A stretch of 59,861 bases of DNA, counting the filler, from Porpidia crustulata (taxonomy: Eukaryota), in NCBI GenBank assembly GCA_964255105.1. It is 7 parts of 7 records of this genome, joined end to end, with 100 filler letters (N's around TTAATTAATTAA, not from the genome) between each part and the next. Parts side by side here need not be neighbours in the genome. Positions count along the whole stretch, not along the records: positions 8,572 to 17,041 come from CAXUWE010001109.1; positions 17,142 to 25,610 come from CAXUWE010001110.1; 5 more parts are not named here. The stretch is one strand, 5' to 3'. The notes below the pieces were generated by a model that made no database searches, was not told where the DNA came from, and was given only the letters and a program-made list of their open reading frames with translations. Positions 12,063 through 24,034 of the stretch are shown here, piece after piece. The first letter of the stretch is position 1. Each line of letters starts with the position of its first letter. The translations under genes were made by a program, and so were the position numbers.

Positions 12063-13818
12063 TCAGATAAAACTATCATAGATTTCATCATACGCGCGCC
12101 TCTCCTTAAGAAAGAAGCGTTCTCTAAGCCACGTCATCTCGGCTGTGAGAGGCTTCGTCTTTGGTGCAGAGAAGTCCGTTCGATAATCTTCCAACCATTT
12201 CACGGATGAAGCTTGAATCGTAATGTTATCGGTCGCCATGTGAGCCGCGGACAAGGAAAGGATAAGATACATTGATCCTAGTGGACGGTATCGTCCCGAG
12301 CATTCCGCCACCTTGATGATTTCTTGTGCGAGGTAGTGCAGTTGTTCCTTGTGTTTTTGTCTTTCCAAATCGAGACTCTCAGCAACGCGATATACAATGA
12401 TGCTCACCGTCAGAGCCCAACCATAGGATCGCAAGCGAAAGGCGTGAGTCGCTAACAACCCGTATGGGGGACCATGATGGATGGAGAGTAAAGAGAGATC
12501 ATTCTCGTCCAGGTAGGCCCGAGTCTTCCCAAGAAAAGGCAGAACGTTGTCACAGAGCCCTTTCACCTCCTCCCTCAATTGCGAGAGTGTTATGTAATCA
12601 ATGGTCTTACTTTTCATGACACTTCGGGCACGCTGCATCAAGTCTGGCACTTGTGCCAGGATGCGGAGCAGTTGACCATCAAGGCTTTGAGTGTTAAGCT
12701 TATTCGTGACAAGTTCGGTCCATTGACGCTTGGTAAGTGTGACCTTATCGTTCGTCAAAGCCTCGACAACCTATTCAGAGGTTTAAATTTCCTCATCGAA
12801 TTGTGGGAAATAGTCTTACCACGGAGCCTCGCTGTGCTAGCAGGATGGCCTCTTCGAAAGTGTTGCGTGGGCCAGCAAAGCCCCTGCTCTTCAGAATCTG
12901 AGCGACGCCGGTTGAATGGCTCACGCACGACGTTGTGCCCAGAAACGACTGTGCAAATCGTAAGTCTGAGGCTGACACTCTAGCTAGATTGAATTACAGA
13001 CCTGATAGATCATGATCAGCTGTATAGCACACAAAGTCTCGGACGCTTGAGCGGTGGTCCGCTCTTCTAGACAGCTCCGCAAAGCTTTCAATGCCTTCCC
13101 ATGCAATCTAAGAACCTTCGTATCGGGTTCTCTCCTGCCACTTCTGAAGCCAGTGAAAGAGGCCACGAAGGCATCCGAGGTTGCATCAAGGGCTGCATTG
13201 CTTCCAAGTCTGCGGGGAATGTCTATGATAAAGCCGCCAAAATTGAACAGCAAATTCACTTCGATGCCAACGGAAGGGTCAAGAAGGCCGATGAGCGCGG
13301 ACGTAAGATGGGACTTTTCATTTGAAGGTGCACTGGAGGGCGTAGCTCGGGCGACCCTCGGAACAATAGCTGTCTGGCTGCCTTCGACAAACTTGAATCT
13401 AATTGACAAAGTGTAGTCAGCATTGACAAGCTCGTCGACACAGTGCGCTTTGGCAGGCATGGGGAACCTCGTAGGAGCCTTGACAGTGCACTTCATGCTT
13501 TATGAATCAAGGTTTGAAGGATGCCACAGAGCAGAGACACCATTGCAAGCAACATCACAACACTCCCATTGCGTCACATATTTCCTTTGGTAGCGACCAA
13601 GCCGGGAAGACGCAACAGATAGCGATGATCAACCTACCTTTGCTGTCCAAGACCGACACACTGAAGTCGCAAACGCGCGCACCGTTGGCAACGCGCAGAA
13701 GCTGCTACACACTAACCTATGATTAGCGGGGCGGTTGGACAAGCTTGAGAATTCACAGTACTTTCTTCTTCTGCTTCCTGCACTGCTCACATCCACGACC
13801 AGAAGGCACGCCAGGCAT
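12063..13818 (-). CDS. Zn(II)2Cys6 transcription factor, 5 exons
   Basis: Exon 1 (13818-13762) MPGVPSGRGCEQCRKQKKK and exon 2 (13711-13638) CVAASARCQRCARLRLQCVGLGQQR give the six-Cys pattern. Intron 13399-13637. Downstream fungal TF region IPRRLGSNAALD...SETLCAIQLI...YRPLGS. Confidence 0.88.
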
Positions 13819-14519
13819 CAGAAGGATTATCCGGTCACCAGCTAGTTGACCCGTCTGCTAAAGCCTCGTAACACCAGCGCACAGTACATCCTGATCTGAT
13901 CATCAGTGGAACAGGCTCATCAAGCGATTACAACGACTTCTGCGTCAGCAGCATCGGCTCCATTACGTAGCTAGTCTCATTGGAAGGACCCGGGAATTTG
14001 CTAGCGAGCGCATCACTGCAAGTCACTTAGGTAAGCTTACGTCATCGGCTCTTGGCGGCTGTGCTCTGCATATCGCGCTTGGCCTCGGCAGTGGAAACAC
14101 TAGTCCCAAAACGGTCATATGCAGCGCTCCGAGGCTCCACCAATCTATCACAACGCCTTCTAACAGTCCTCCTTTCACCGTTCGAGCGAGGAACGACCTT
14201 TCATGGGTAGCAGATGACACGCGATAATTTTACAAAGCCTACGATCAGTTGCAATTGTTAAGGCTTGGCTTATCAGCCTGAGCGATGAGTCTGACACAGC
14301 ATGGCAGTGCAGCAGATGCATATCATTGCTTTGGAGCTATATAAACCCTACCAAACCACGCCTTTTCTTCAACCTCCTTGACTTTTAAAGAACGACAAGA
14401 TCATCTCTCCGACCTTTATTCTAGGACGCATCAAGTCTCAAATGCGCATGATTTTAGCTTAACAGTCTTCTCCTGCTTGGCCTACCACATCATTCAACCA
14501 TCTCAATTACCAATCCAAC

Positions 14520-15149
14520 ATGTTCGAAAAACAAAACAAGCAAGCGACACCAGAAGCGGTAGCAACAGGCCAGAGCGACCATATCTCTCCTCCCAATGAA
14601 ATACGCACCCTCCACGTCAAATTCGACAATTGGAAATGGCGCAAGGCCTCCATCTTCGACAGCGATCAACAAACCGAGCTCTACCGTCTCGAATGCCACA
14701 CACGGAAGCCCCAGATAATCATGCTGCCTCCCTCTTCCACTTCTTCCCAACAGCCAACTCCCGCCCCGATCGGCGAAGCAAGATTTCACTGCCTCACCTC
14801 GCGCATCGACACAACCCTGCACAACCGGAACCACACCATCGCCATCACCTCCCGCGGCGCACTCAAAGACGGCTTCACCTACGACTCTCCAGCACACAAT
14901 GGGGCGAAACTGACGTGGCAGAGCCAGACTAAGTGGGATTACTTCAAGATGGTGCTGCTGGACGAGACGGCGATGCCGGTGGCGAGGATCGCGCATTCTT
15001 CCTGGTCCATGACTAAAGCTGCAACCATTGTGCTATTGCGGGAGAAGGCAGGGCAAGAGTGCGACGGAGAATTGATGGATGAGATTGTGCTGACGGGGTT
15101 GGCGGTGCTGACTAAACGTTTGATCAACTTTATTGCTGCTGCTGCTTGA
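14520..15149 (+). CDS. conserved-looking fungal hypothetical protein (tubby/LURP-like beta-rich type)
   Basis: Intronless 209-aa ORF with strong codon bias; pattern IGEARFH...RIDTTL...LTWQ...MVLLDE..PVARI...LMDEIVLTGLAV. Family assignment is by resemblance only. Confidence 0.7.
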   Translation: MFEKQNKQATPEAVATGQSDHISPPNEIRTLHVKFDNWKWRKASIFDSDQQTELYRLECHTRKPQIIMLPPSSTSSQQPTPAPIGEARFHCLTSRIDTTLHNRNHTIAITSRGALKDGFTYDSPAHNGAKLTWQSQTKWDYFKMVLLDETAMPVARIAHSSWSMTKAATIVLLREKAGQECDGELMDEIVLTGLAVLTKRLINFIAAAA

Positions 15150-15477
15150 CCGTGATCGAGGTTGGAAAGATCGTCGCCGGGAAAGAAGTGGTGAGGTAGG
15201 TGCGCGAGACGGTAAATAATGCCACTGCTTGCAAGGGACTATTCTCAATCTTATCACCTGAGAGCATATCTGGTTTCAAGCCTCGATTTGCAGTTCTCAA
15301 TTTTGTGACACTTCACCTTTCATCTTTTCCCAATACTCAAAAGTCAATTCCGCCCCTTTCTCCTTTCGCGCTTGCCATTCTCGACCCATATGAACCGAGC
15401 GCGCTTTCTTTCCAATTCCTCACTACCAGACTCGCTCGCCCGTCCCATCCACAGCCGACCCTGTACCATCTCACGTC

Positions 15478-16389
15478 CTACAATTCCACCTCGCCATCAA
15501 TCAGGATAAAATCCTCTTCTTCTTCGGCCGTGTCGTAGGCGCGTCGCGCATCGCGGCCATCAGCCAGAGGTGGTTTGGGAGTAACTCCACGCATAGTCGC
15601 GAACAGGTCCATCATCGGGCCTGCTGGGTCCAGCATAGCGCTCACAGGATAAAATCTCACGATGCACGTCACCTCCTGGAGCGGTCGCAATCTTCGTCCG
15701 GTCTGCTGTTCCGGCGCCGTAGGAACGCCGTAGTCGTCTGAATGCAGCACCATCATGTTTATCAAATGGGCCTGCGGTTGGCCCTGCGCGTCCGGACTCG
15801 TCTTTGGGTGATGAGCCACGCAGGGACGAGGTCGATGATTGAGACTCAGAGCCCATGTCTGGGTATCAATGACATCCACAAAGCTGTCTTCGTCCGTGTC
15901 GCGAGAGGCTGTGGAGGGTTGAGAAAGCGCTGAAACATCATCTTCGGCAATGAAATGAGTTTGGGGTTTGGGGATGTAGAGCGAGGGCACAGGTGCACCC
16001 GCAATAATCGCTCTCAACCTCCGATAGTCGAGGGCTGCCTGCAGCACGATCTTGATCCCGTCTTCGAAAGTTGGTCCTAGGTCCGTCGACCATGGCACGG
16101 GAATGGCTCTCGAGTGCATGGGCTCGACCTGGTGCAACATTCTCTTGATCTCGACCATCAATTCCTGCGAAAGGTTTTCGGCCATGGCGGTACCATTAGC
16201 TGCGGTCACTTCCAAGTTGTCCGGTCCGCTATCGATCTCATCAATATCGAAGAGAGGTGCGCCCCGCACACGACGACCACACTCTCCACGAATCCGACGC
16301 CGAGGAGGCCAGCGGCCCGGTTTGGCAGCAACAAGATCATCTCCCACATATCTACTGTTCTCTACTGACTCTCCTTCGCAGCCGAGCAC
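15478..16389 (-). CDS. hypothetical protein
   Basis: 303-codon open frame; first in-frame ATG near 16185 (MAENLSQELM). No domain recognised. Confidence 0.45.
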   Translation of the reverse strand: MLGCEGESVENSRYVGDDLVAAKPGRWPPRRRIRGECGRRVRGAPLFDIDEIDSGPDNLEVTAANGTAMAENLSQELMVEIKRMLHQVEPMHSRAIPVPWSTDLGPTFEDGIKIVLQAALDYRRLRAIIAGAPVPSLYIPKPQTHFIAEDDVSALSQPSTASRDTDEDSFVDVIDTQTWALSLNHRPRPCVAHHPKTSPDAQGQPQAHLINMMVLHSDDYGVPTAPEQQTGRRLRPLQEVTCIVRFYPVSAMLDPAGPMMDLFATMRGVTPKPPLADGRDARRAYDTAEEEEDFILIDGEVEL

Positions 16390-17041
16390 GGTCGCTGCTG
16401 ATATAAATTTATGCTGAAATTATTCGATTTCGAAATTTGTTCCGGTTTGGAGGGCTAGGGAGGCTTGAAGTGAGCAGTCGTTGACAGTTCGTGTTGGAGT
16501 AAATGGATTCCGTGACTGCTCCTATATAGTTGTACGAAAGGACTTCGAAACAGGCGTTTTTACGCTTGTTGACAGGGAAGATTTCGGCGCTGTCTACCTG
16601 TGTCTTAAAATACAAGGATTGGATTAGCAAAGAGATCGAAGCAGGTGTTTTCAGACATGGCGTCAGAGATAGTTCCTGTGTCTTCCGTTGTTCAACATCG
16701 CGAAATTTCTATTAGTGAAAAGTCGCGTCCTGGACACTTCTAGCTTTTAACATTTAGTCTTCTGGAACGTCGCATTGCGTTCTGAATGCGTCTGTCTAAG
16801 AACGGTGCAAGATAGACTCACCTATCAAAAACGGTTCGAAGCGAACAAGAAGCAACGAGGGTCCAATAAGTACATCTAATTTCCTACCTATTTAGTCAGA
16901 CTATGATGCATTGCTCCCACCAACACCCCTGACATTCTTCACAAAAACTTGACACCTCTTTCGACATTTCAAAATCCCTGCTGCTCGTCATATCAGCTAA
17001 TCACATCTTCCCCCCCTTTTTCTTCACCCTTCCATCCAACC

Positions 17042-17141
17042 NNNNNNNNNNNNNNNNNNNNNNNNNNNNNNNNNNNNNNNNNNNNTTAATTAATTAANNN
17101 NNNNNNNNNNNNNNNNNNNNNNNNNNNNNNNNNNNNNNNNN
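17042..17141. other. artificial contig spacer
   Basis: N44-TTAATTAATTAA-N44. Confidence 0.98.
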
Positions 17142-17671
17142 CACCTTGATCCGGTGGGCTGCTGGGGATGTTGGGGAAGGTCTGATCGTAACACCTGTTT
17201 CTTGCTTGTTTCTTGCTTTCCTTTCTTCTTCGTGCAACGTCTTGTATCTAAAACCCTAGTTACTAGAATACAGTCTTTGCCCCAGTCCAGTCCCGTGACA
17301 AAAGTTAAATCTGCAAGCGTTGTCGTAATTAAAGTCATATTGAATTTGTAATTAATTTTTAAAAAAAGATAAAACTAGTAAAGTGAGATGTGCAGAAGAC
17401 CGAAACGTGCACGGGCCCGGGAATACTCCTATAGCTCTTTGTGATTGGCCACACAAGCGCCCTGCAAAACCCGCGATGTTCATAATCGCATGGCATTATT
17501 GACGTCCCCATGAATTTACACATTTCTAAATCTTCACTTTACAATCAAAATTACATTTCGAGAAGAGATCCATTAATTTACAAAACTTCGAAAGTTTACG
17601 TCTTTTGTCTTAAGCGTTCGTCGCATTCTGCCCACTGAGAGCATCAACTTCAACCTCCCGTCGTCGCCAAC

Positions 17672-18634
17672 ATGTCAGATATCACCGAAGTCACCACTGT
17701 AGCCCAATTCCACGGAATTACATCAACCCTACCCCCATCTAGCCTTGCTTGTATTTCCTTCCACACCCCATGGGCAGCTCCATGCGCTCAAATGTCCCTC
17801 ATACTTCGTACGCTGGCATCGTCTTACCCCGCACAGAAACCTTCTGTCATTTCGTTCCTATCTCTTGATGCTGAGCAGCTGCCCGACATCTCAGAATCCT
17901 ACGATGTAACGGCGGTCCCGTTCTTAGTGCTGCAAAGAGATGGCAAGGTGCTCGAGAATGTTAGCGGTAGTGATGCTAACAAGGTGAGAGAGGCTATCGA
18001 GAAGCACGCGGGGAAAGGTGGCAACACCAGCAAAATACTACCCCCGGCGTTGGATGCGACACCAAGGAACGAAGAGGAGACCAATGGGAATGGAGCGGGC
18101 CACACCTCGAAAGATCTCAGTGGCTATGCGCCAACGTCTAGCGATCCGGCGACTGCACCAGAAATGAGCTCGACTGCGGGTCAAAAAGAAGAGCTCAACA
18201 AGCGGCTCGCGGAGCTGGTCAAAGCTGCTCCCGTCATGCTCTTCATGAAAGGCACACCCAGCTCCCCACAGTGTGGCTTCAGCCGGCAGCTTGTGGCCCT
18301 GCTACGGGAAAAGGGGGTGCGGTATGGGTTTTTCAACATCCTAGCGGATGAGGAGGTGAGGCAGGGATTAAAGGTCTACAGCGATTGGCCGACGTTCCCA
18401 CAACTCTACATGAGCGGCGAGATGGTCGGAGGTTTGGACATTGTAAGTTGCTTCATCGGCGGCAATGGTGGCGATGTCTTGAATTGGCAATTGCTAATAA
18501 TGTTGACTATCCAGGTCAAAGAAGAATTGGACAACGACCCAGCTTTCTTTGATGAGTATGCTGCCGCACCAAAGGGCAAGGGAGGGATGGCCGCGCCGGA
18601 CGCGCAGACCCAACCTGCAAGCGCTTCCACGTAG
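17672..18634 (+). CDS. GRX4: monothiol glutaredoxin Grx3/Grx4 (thioredoxin-like + CGFS Grx domain)
   Basis: WAAPC in the Trx-like domain; LFMKGTP..PQCGFS, VRQGLKVYSDWPTFPQLY, GGLDI. In-frame 72-nt intron 18443-18514. Confidence 0.96.
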   Translation: MSDITEVTTVAQFHGITSTLPPSSLACISFHTPWAAPCAQMSLILRTLASSYPAQKPSVISFLSLDAEQLPDISESYDVTAVPFLVLQRDGKVLENVSGSDANKVREAIEKHAGKGGNTSKILPPALDATPRNEEETNGNGAGHTSKDLSGYAPTSSDPATAPEMSSTAGQKEELNKRLAELVKAAPVMLFMKGTPSSPQCGFSRQLVALLREKGVRYGFFNILADEEVRQGLKVYSDWPTFPQLYMSGEMVGGLDIVSCFIGGNGGDVLNWQLLIMLTIQVKEELDNDPAFFDEYAAAPKGKGGMAAPDAQTQPASAST

Positions 18635-18835
18635 AGCAGGAATCTGGAAACCCCGCCGGGCTGTTGTGTAGATAAACTTGGAACGCCGGACAAATCATTT
18701 AATGAGTTACGTAGACTACGGTTGGTATTATTAGATGGGTTTACATACATAGCGAGTGATTTCTATTGCCAAAGGCAAGTCAGGCAAGCAGCCTGCTCCC
18801 GCTAGATACTTGCCTGACAGTCTCCGGTGCACCGC

Positions 18836-21800
18836 TCAATCCTCTTCCTCGGGTTCATCCATGTTCAGCCAAACGGCTCGACACTCGACCGCCTCCTTCC
18901 GGACGTACCTCTTCGGATCGTCCAGCACGGTCAACAAGCCTCTAGTCACCACTTTCTTGTAGGGCAGAAGAGCACTATCCTTGATTCTCCCAGGGAATAT
19001 CCGTAGGCAGCGAAGGGCGTTGTGGCGAACCTCCTATGTAGTGTTAGCATTCGGAGCTATCCCTAACTTCGTGCAATATATAAGATGCATACCGGAACAT
19101 TCCTCTTTGTCTCTACAGCAGCCTTGAGTAACCGACTAATCAGGCTCGAGGCATGCCCTTCTACCGCCTTCGGATTCTTTTGACTGACGACGGTCAAATT
19201 CTCGATTGTCGCAGCTTGCACGTCAGCATCCTGCAAGTCCAAAGTCTGCAAAAGCAGAGGAAGCAGCGTTTCGATCTCCGGCAAGAGCACATCTGTGGGC
19301 GTATATTTGAGTATTCCAGACAACGCAATAAGGTAATTCGGTTTCAGCGATGATTCTGCTGACCGAAAATCTTGAACAATATGAGGAGCACAGACACTGA
19401 AGACTCTCTGTGTAGCCAGGAGACGTATTATGGCGCCGTTTTCTTTAGATAGGATTTCATCGGGGGCGAGGAGGAGACTAAAGCCCCGGGCGCTTAGGAG
19501 GCTGCAAGCTGGCTTCGATAGGAGGCTCAGGAGGTGATCTAGAACCTCTGTGGTGTTTACAAGTCGAAGAATTAATGCTTTTGCTATCCAGAAGGTCATG
19601 GGAATTGCGATTTCGGATGAACTCTCCACCTTTACGAATTCACTGGATTTCAGGAGAAGAATGTCAGTCGCAAGGTGTATGTCCTCTGGCCGTAAAAACT
19701 TGTTTATGATTAGGGCGACCTGTCTTAGGATACTCAGTCTTATGGCGGGTGTCTCCTCAGTAAGACCGATTCGTATGAGCTCTGTGAGTAAGCCTTGTCT
19801 ACTGGAATCTGTATCCATGTAGGCCATTGATCTCTTGACCTTGTCAGTAGGAATCTGGACCCATACTTTATTCAGGTTCACTTACTCCTTTCCCAACACC
19901 AGCCATGAAATAGGTGGAAAGAATCATTGTCAATCTTTGCGTTCGAGGTACATCTATCCTGTAAGGGATGGGGGTGAACTGTGACTGATCCGTAAACAAA
20001 GAGTATATTTGCATCCCAACGGCGTTTTGTTCATGTTCATCTAACGCTCGCGTGATTGTACTCGCTAGTCGGCCAAGTGTCTCAAGGACTGACTTATCTG
20101 TCAAGACGTGTGTTTGCTCATGATCCGTGCATGCAAGCGCGGCTCGACTCACGAGACTCACAACAACCTTTTCGTAATAAAACCCCAGGTTTGGGTCGCG
20201 AACAAGATCGCGTTGGCTGAGAACATAGTGTAAAGTCGATAGGATAGCCTGTGAGTACATAGACGATTCCTTGTGCTGCAAAACCACGTCCAACTTGTTG
20301 AGAAGCCTCCGAATCAATGTATCCGAAATCGATTTCTCGACACTTAATTGCGCTAAAGCCTCCAACGTGATAATGTATTCTCTGTTGCCGGCGAGACTCA
20401 AATCTGGTAGCGTAGCCATGAATGCGGGAAAAGTGATATCCATAATCAGATGAGGCTTGATCTTAGATATATGCACCAGAGCTCTGATGGCCTCTATTTT
20501 CAGATCGTCCCGTCCATCAGAATCCTCTAACAATATAATTTCATCGAGATGTTGGATTACCATCCCAATTTCATTATCCTGCAAATACTTACGAAGCGTA
20601 CAGAGGCGAAGCAAAGCTCTAAGTGCAACAATTCGGAAGGAGACTTCTTCGAACGCTGTACTCATTAAGGCTTGGGAGCAGAGCTCAAAGAGAAGATCTT
20701 TGAAGGGCCCCAATGGGTTAGTGATGCCTGGTGGTGCCGCAATTTCCGCATTGGTGTCGTCGGACAAGGAAATCGCAGAATCAAAGATTGATATCAGTAC
20801 TTCTAGGAGAGATCTTTGCTTTGCAAGGCTATCTGCACCTTGCAGCAAAGTCAGTAGGGACGGCATCACAGCCTTCACTATCAAGTATAGGGCAACATTA
20901 GATGCACTCGCTAGAGAACTAAGGATCCGACCAGTAGGTTTCGCCTGCTTGTGCTGCGGCTCCTGAAGTTGCTCGTTACATTCTTTAGTTATGGGTCGAA
21001 CATAGCGGGCTAGAGCTGTCTTTGGATCGGGAGAAGCCAAACCATGACCAAGCTTGACAGCTATAGCACGCAACGCGTAGAGTGATTCCTCCGCTAAATC
21101 TTCCTCTTGGGCATTGAGGATCTCAAATTTCAAGGAGTCCCAAAGAATGATGGCGTAACTTGACATAGTTGAGATACCGTAAGACGAGGCGCAGGCACTA
21201 ATGGCCACGAGGACATCTTTCTAATAGCAGTCAGAATTGAGCACGTCCTGGTACTAGGGCACACTCGCCTTCACATTCGGTGATGTTGAATCAAGTTTAT
21301 CGATAAGCTGGGGAAATACAAAGGGCGCAATATGCCCCGAAGCTGCAAGACATTCTCTAAGTCGCCGCTTCAAATCCTGTGCAGTAATACCGTAGGGATC
21401 ATCAGGTGGCGGGCGGAATGTAATAGGAAAGTAGCAGTATACCGCATTAAAAAGTGTCTATCAGACATCAGCAATCTCGAATCCTCTTCACTCAAAAACC
21501 GTCGAACCTCTGCATGAGTAGCAATATCCCACTCAATCATAATAACTTTCAAGATTGAAAAAATGATCATGAGATTGCGTGGATCCTTCTCCCCACTGGC
21601 CAGGTCTGTAATGCCAACAATGGAATCGTTGCCCATCTCTTCAAGAGCTGATCGATGCTGAGACATTAAGTCGTTGAGAAGCTCAAGTATTTGCAACCTT
21701 TGTGGTTGTGGACGAAGCTGCAAGTCTTGAAAATTATCTAGCATACTAAAAGACCAATCAATATCTGCTTCGAATAGAACACGGGAAAATAAAGCTCTCA

Positions 21801-22303
21801 AGCTTTCAAAGCGATTTCTAGCTCTAGGCTTGAGGAAATTTGAGCGCTTGGATGCCCATGTGAAGTTGAGATAACCAAATTACTTACTCACGCTCTGAAC
21901 GTCGTTACTGCCATTTCCTTGTTGAACCGTACCATGTTCTGAAGTTTTCTAAGTCCCATAATGGCACCCCCATCTTGAATGCGATCACATAAAAATTGAC
22001 AAAGCACTTGAACCTGCTGCCGCGTGAGAATAGTGGGGGACAACTGGCCGACGATTGCAGAGAGATAGGTGATTGCTTTTGAGCGAATACTAGAATCCTC
22101 ATCATTGATGTATTCGCCCAGTGACTGCACAACCTCAATCAATGTTATCTGCTTTGAGACAAGTCCTGTAAGCTAAAGTCAGCATTGATAATAGCATTGT
22201 GGGCCTGAATGGCGACAGTACTGTTTGCTGTTCTCTGAGCAACAGCTTCGGCAGCAGTCTTGTCGGAGTCGACTTGGAGCAAGAAGTTTTGAACATCTGC
22301 CAT
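18836..22303 (-). CDS. MMS19: MMS19/MET18 CIA targeting complex subunit, 7 exons
   Basis: Start MADVQNFLL; LIEVVQSLGEY, GEKDPRNLM, YCYFPITFRPPPDDPYGIT, LWDSLKFEI; C-terminal LDDPKRYVRKEAV..R..W; stop at 18836-18838. Confidence 0.95.
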
Positions 22304-22579
22304 GATACCAAAGATCGATAGGGCGTATTGTCCGTAATCGGCAAAGGTATAAGGGTAAAGACTTCTGCCGCATAAGATCCGACTATATGACATCATCGCG
22401 GTTGTCAGCCTTAGCCGCCGACAGGGGACTCGCCTGCATGCCTAGTGCGGACCCGACGTGCCTACTGTGCCACCATGCTACCTTGGCAGGGCTTACTTTG
22501 GTTGATCCTTGGATTACATGTCCACACGTCCACAAAGTGTGTCTTTTCCCATAGCTCCTTTCCTCTTTCACTAGTGTGA

Positions 22580-23753
22580 ATGGGTATTGAAGAGGTCATG
22601 GCTGGGGGCGCTGATGAACAAACGGCATGCAAAGTAATACTGGCTGGTATGGTTGCTAAACCTCTACTGGTCGAACTGGCTGAAGGTCTAGCAAAGTTGG
22701 CAAAGGTTCCAAAACTTGTCGGCTTCCTTGCAAATGCTGATCCAGCGGCACGTTCATATGCAAACTGGACTGAACGGACTTGCAACGAAAAGTGAGAGTG
22801 GCCGTACTGCATTCAGGAACATGGCACATTTCTATCAATCTTTCATTGCTTACATGGACAACTCCTAATACTAGACTAGTGGCTTCGAGTTCGAGCTACG
22901 AGAAGTTGACCGTGACGAGCTGGAGGCTCACCTATTGACAGCCAACCGAGATGATTCTATAGACGGTATCATTGTTTACTACCCAGTTTTCAACAATGGC
23001 CAGGACCAGTACCTGCAGCAAGTAACGGACGTGAGCAAGGATGTTGAGGGTCTATCGCATCGGTACATTTTCAACATGTATCAGAATATTCGTTTTCTTG
23101 ATAGCCAAAACTTGCAGAAAAGCATCTTGCCATGCACCCCACTTGCTATCATTAAGGTACTGGAGTATCTGAGAGTCTACAATACCATCCTACCCTACGG
23201 TAATCGGCTTTTCGGACACTCGATAACCATTGTCAACCGTTCAGAGGTTGTAGGCCGGCCCTTGGCTGCTTTGTTAGCAAATGATGGAGCGTGTGTTTAC
23301 AGTGTTGATATCACAGGAGTCCAGCAGTTTACCAGAGGCCACGGTATCAAGAAATGCCGACATGAAGTAGTTGAGAAAAATGGGTGGGGCCTGAACGACT
23401 GCGTTCCGCTGAGCGATGTGGTGATCAGCGGTGTCCCTGGTGAATCGTTCAAATTCCCAACCATGCTGCTCAGGGAGGGTGCAATTTGCATCAACTTTTC
23501 AACTGAGAAGGTAGGCGATCACTGTCTTGCCATACTGTCTGCCGAATTGTATAGCTAAGTCGTGAATTGCTATAAAGAATTTCGGATCGGAGGTCAAGGA
23601 GAAAAGCTCAATATTTGTGCCCGCAATCGGGAAAGTAACCATTGTAGTGCTTCTGCGAAATCTATTGGTAGACAAACTTATCACCTTATCATATAAAACG
23701 TAAGCTCTCGGCTAACAGTTCCTTAGCGACTTGTGCAGAATCAGAATAGGTGA
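22580..23753 (+). CDS. MTD1: NAD-dependent methylenetetrahydrofolate dehydrogenase, 4 exons
   Basis: PKLVGFLANADPAARSYANWT, DGIIVYYPVF, KSILPCTPLAIIKVLEYL, NRSEVVGRPLAALLANDGA, INFSTEK-NF, VPAIGKVTIVVLLRNLL-RL. Start at 22580 or 22598. Confidence 0.95.
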
Positions 23754-24034
23754 AATCCAATGGCTAGGGATAATTAGATAGCGAAGTACGAGATGCCTGT
23801 CCAAATATAAAGAACAGCCATGCATAGAAAGCACATAGTATTGTTGTTCAATGAACCTGGCGTTCACTAAGCCAGCTCACCGTGATGCTTCTCGTTGTGA
23901 CCTGACCGAAAAGTGAGGGCCAAATGGTTATCGATAAGAACCCTGAAACTCTAAATATCTAAGCACCACGAACCGCGGGACTTTTTCCCCCAAAATTATC
24001 TCGCCCGACTCAAGTTTACGATCGAACTCTCACA

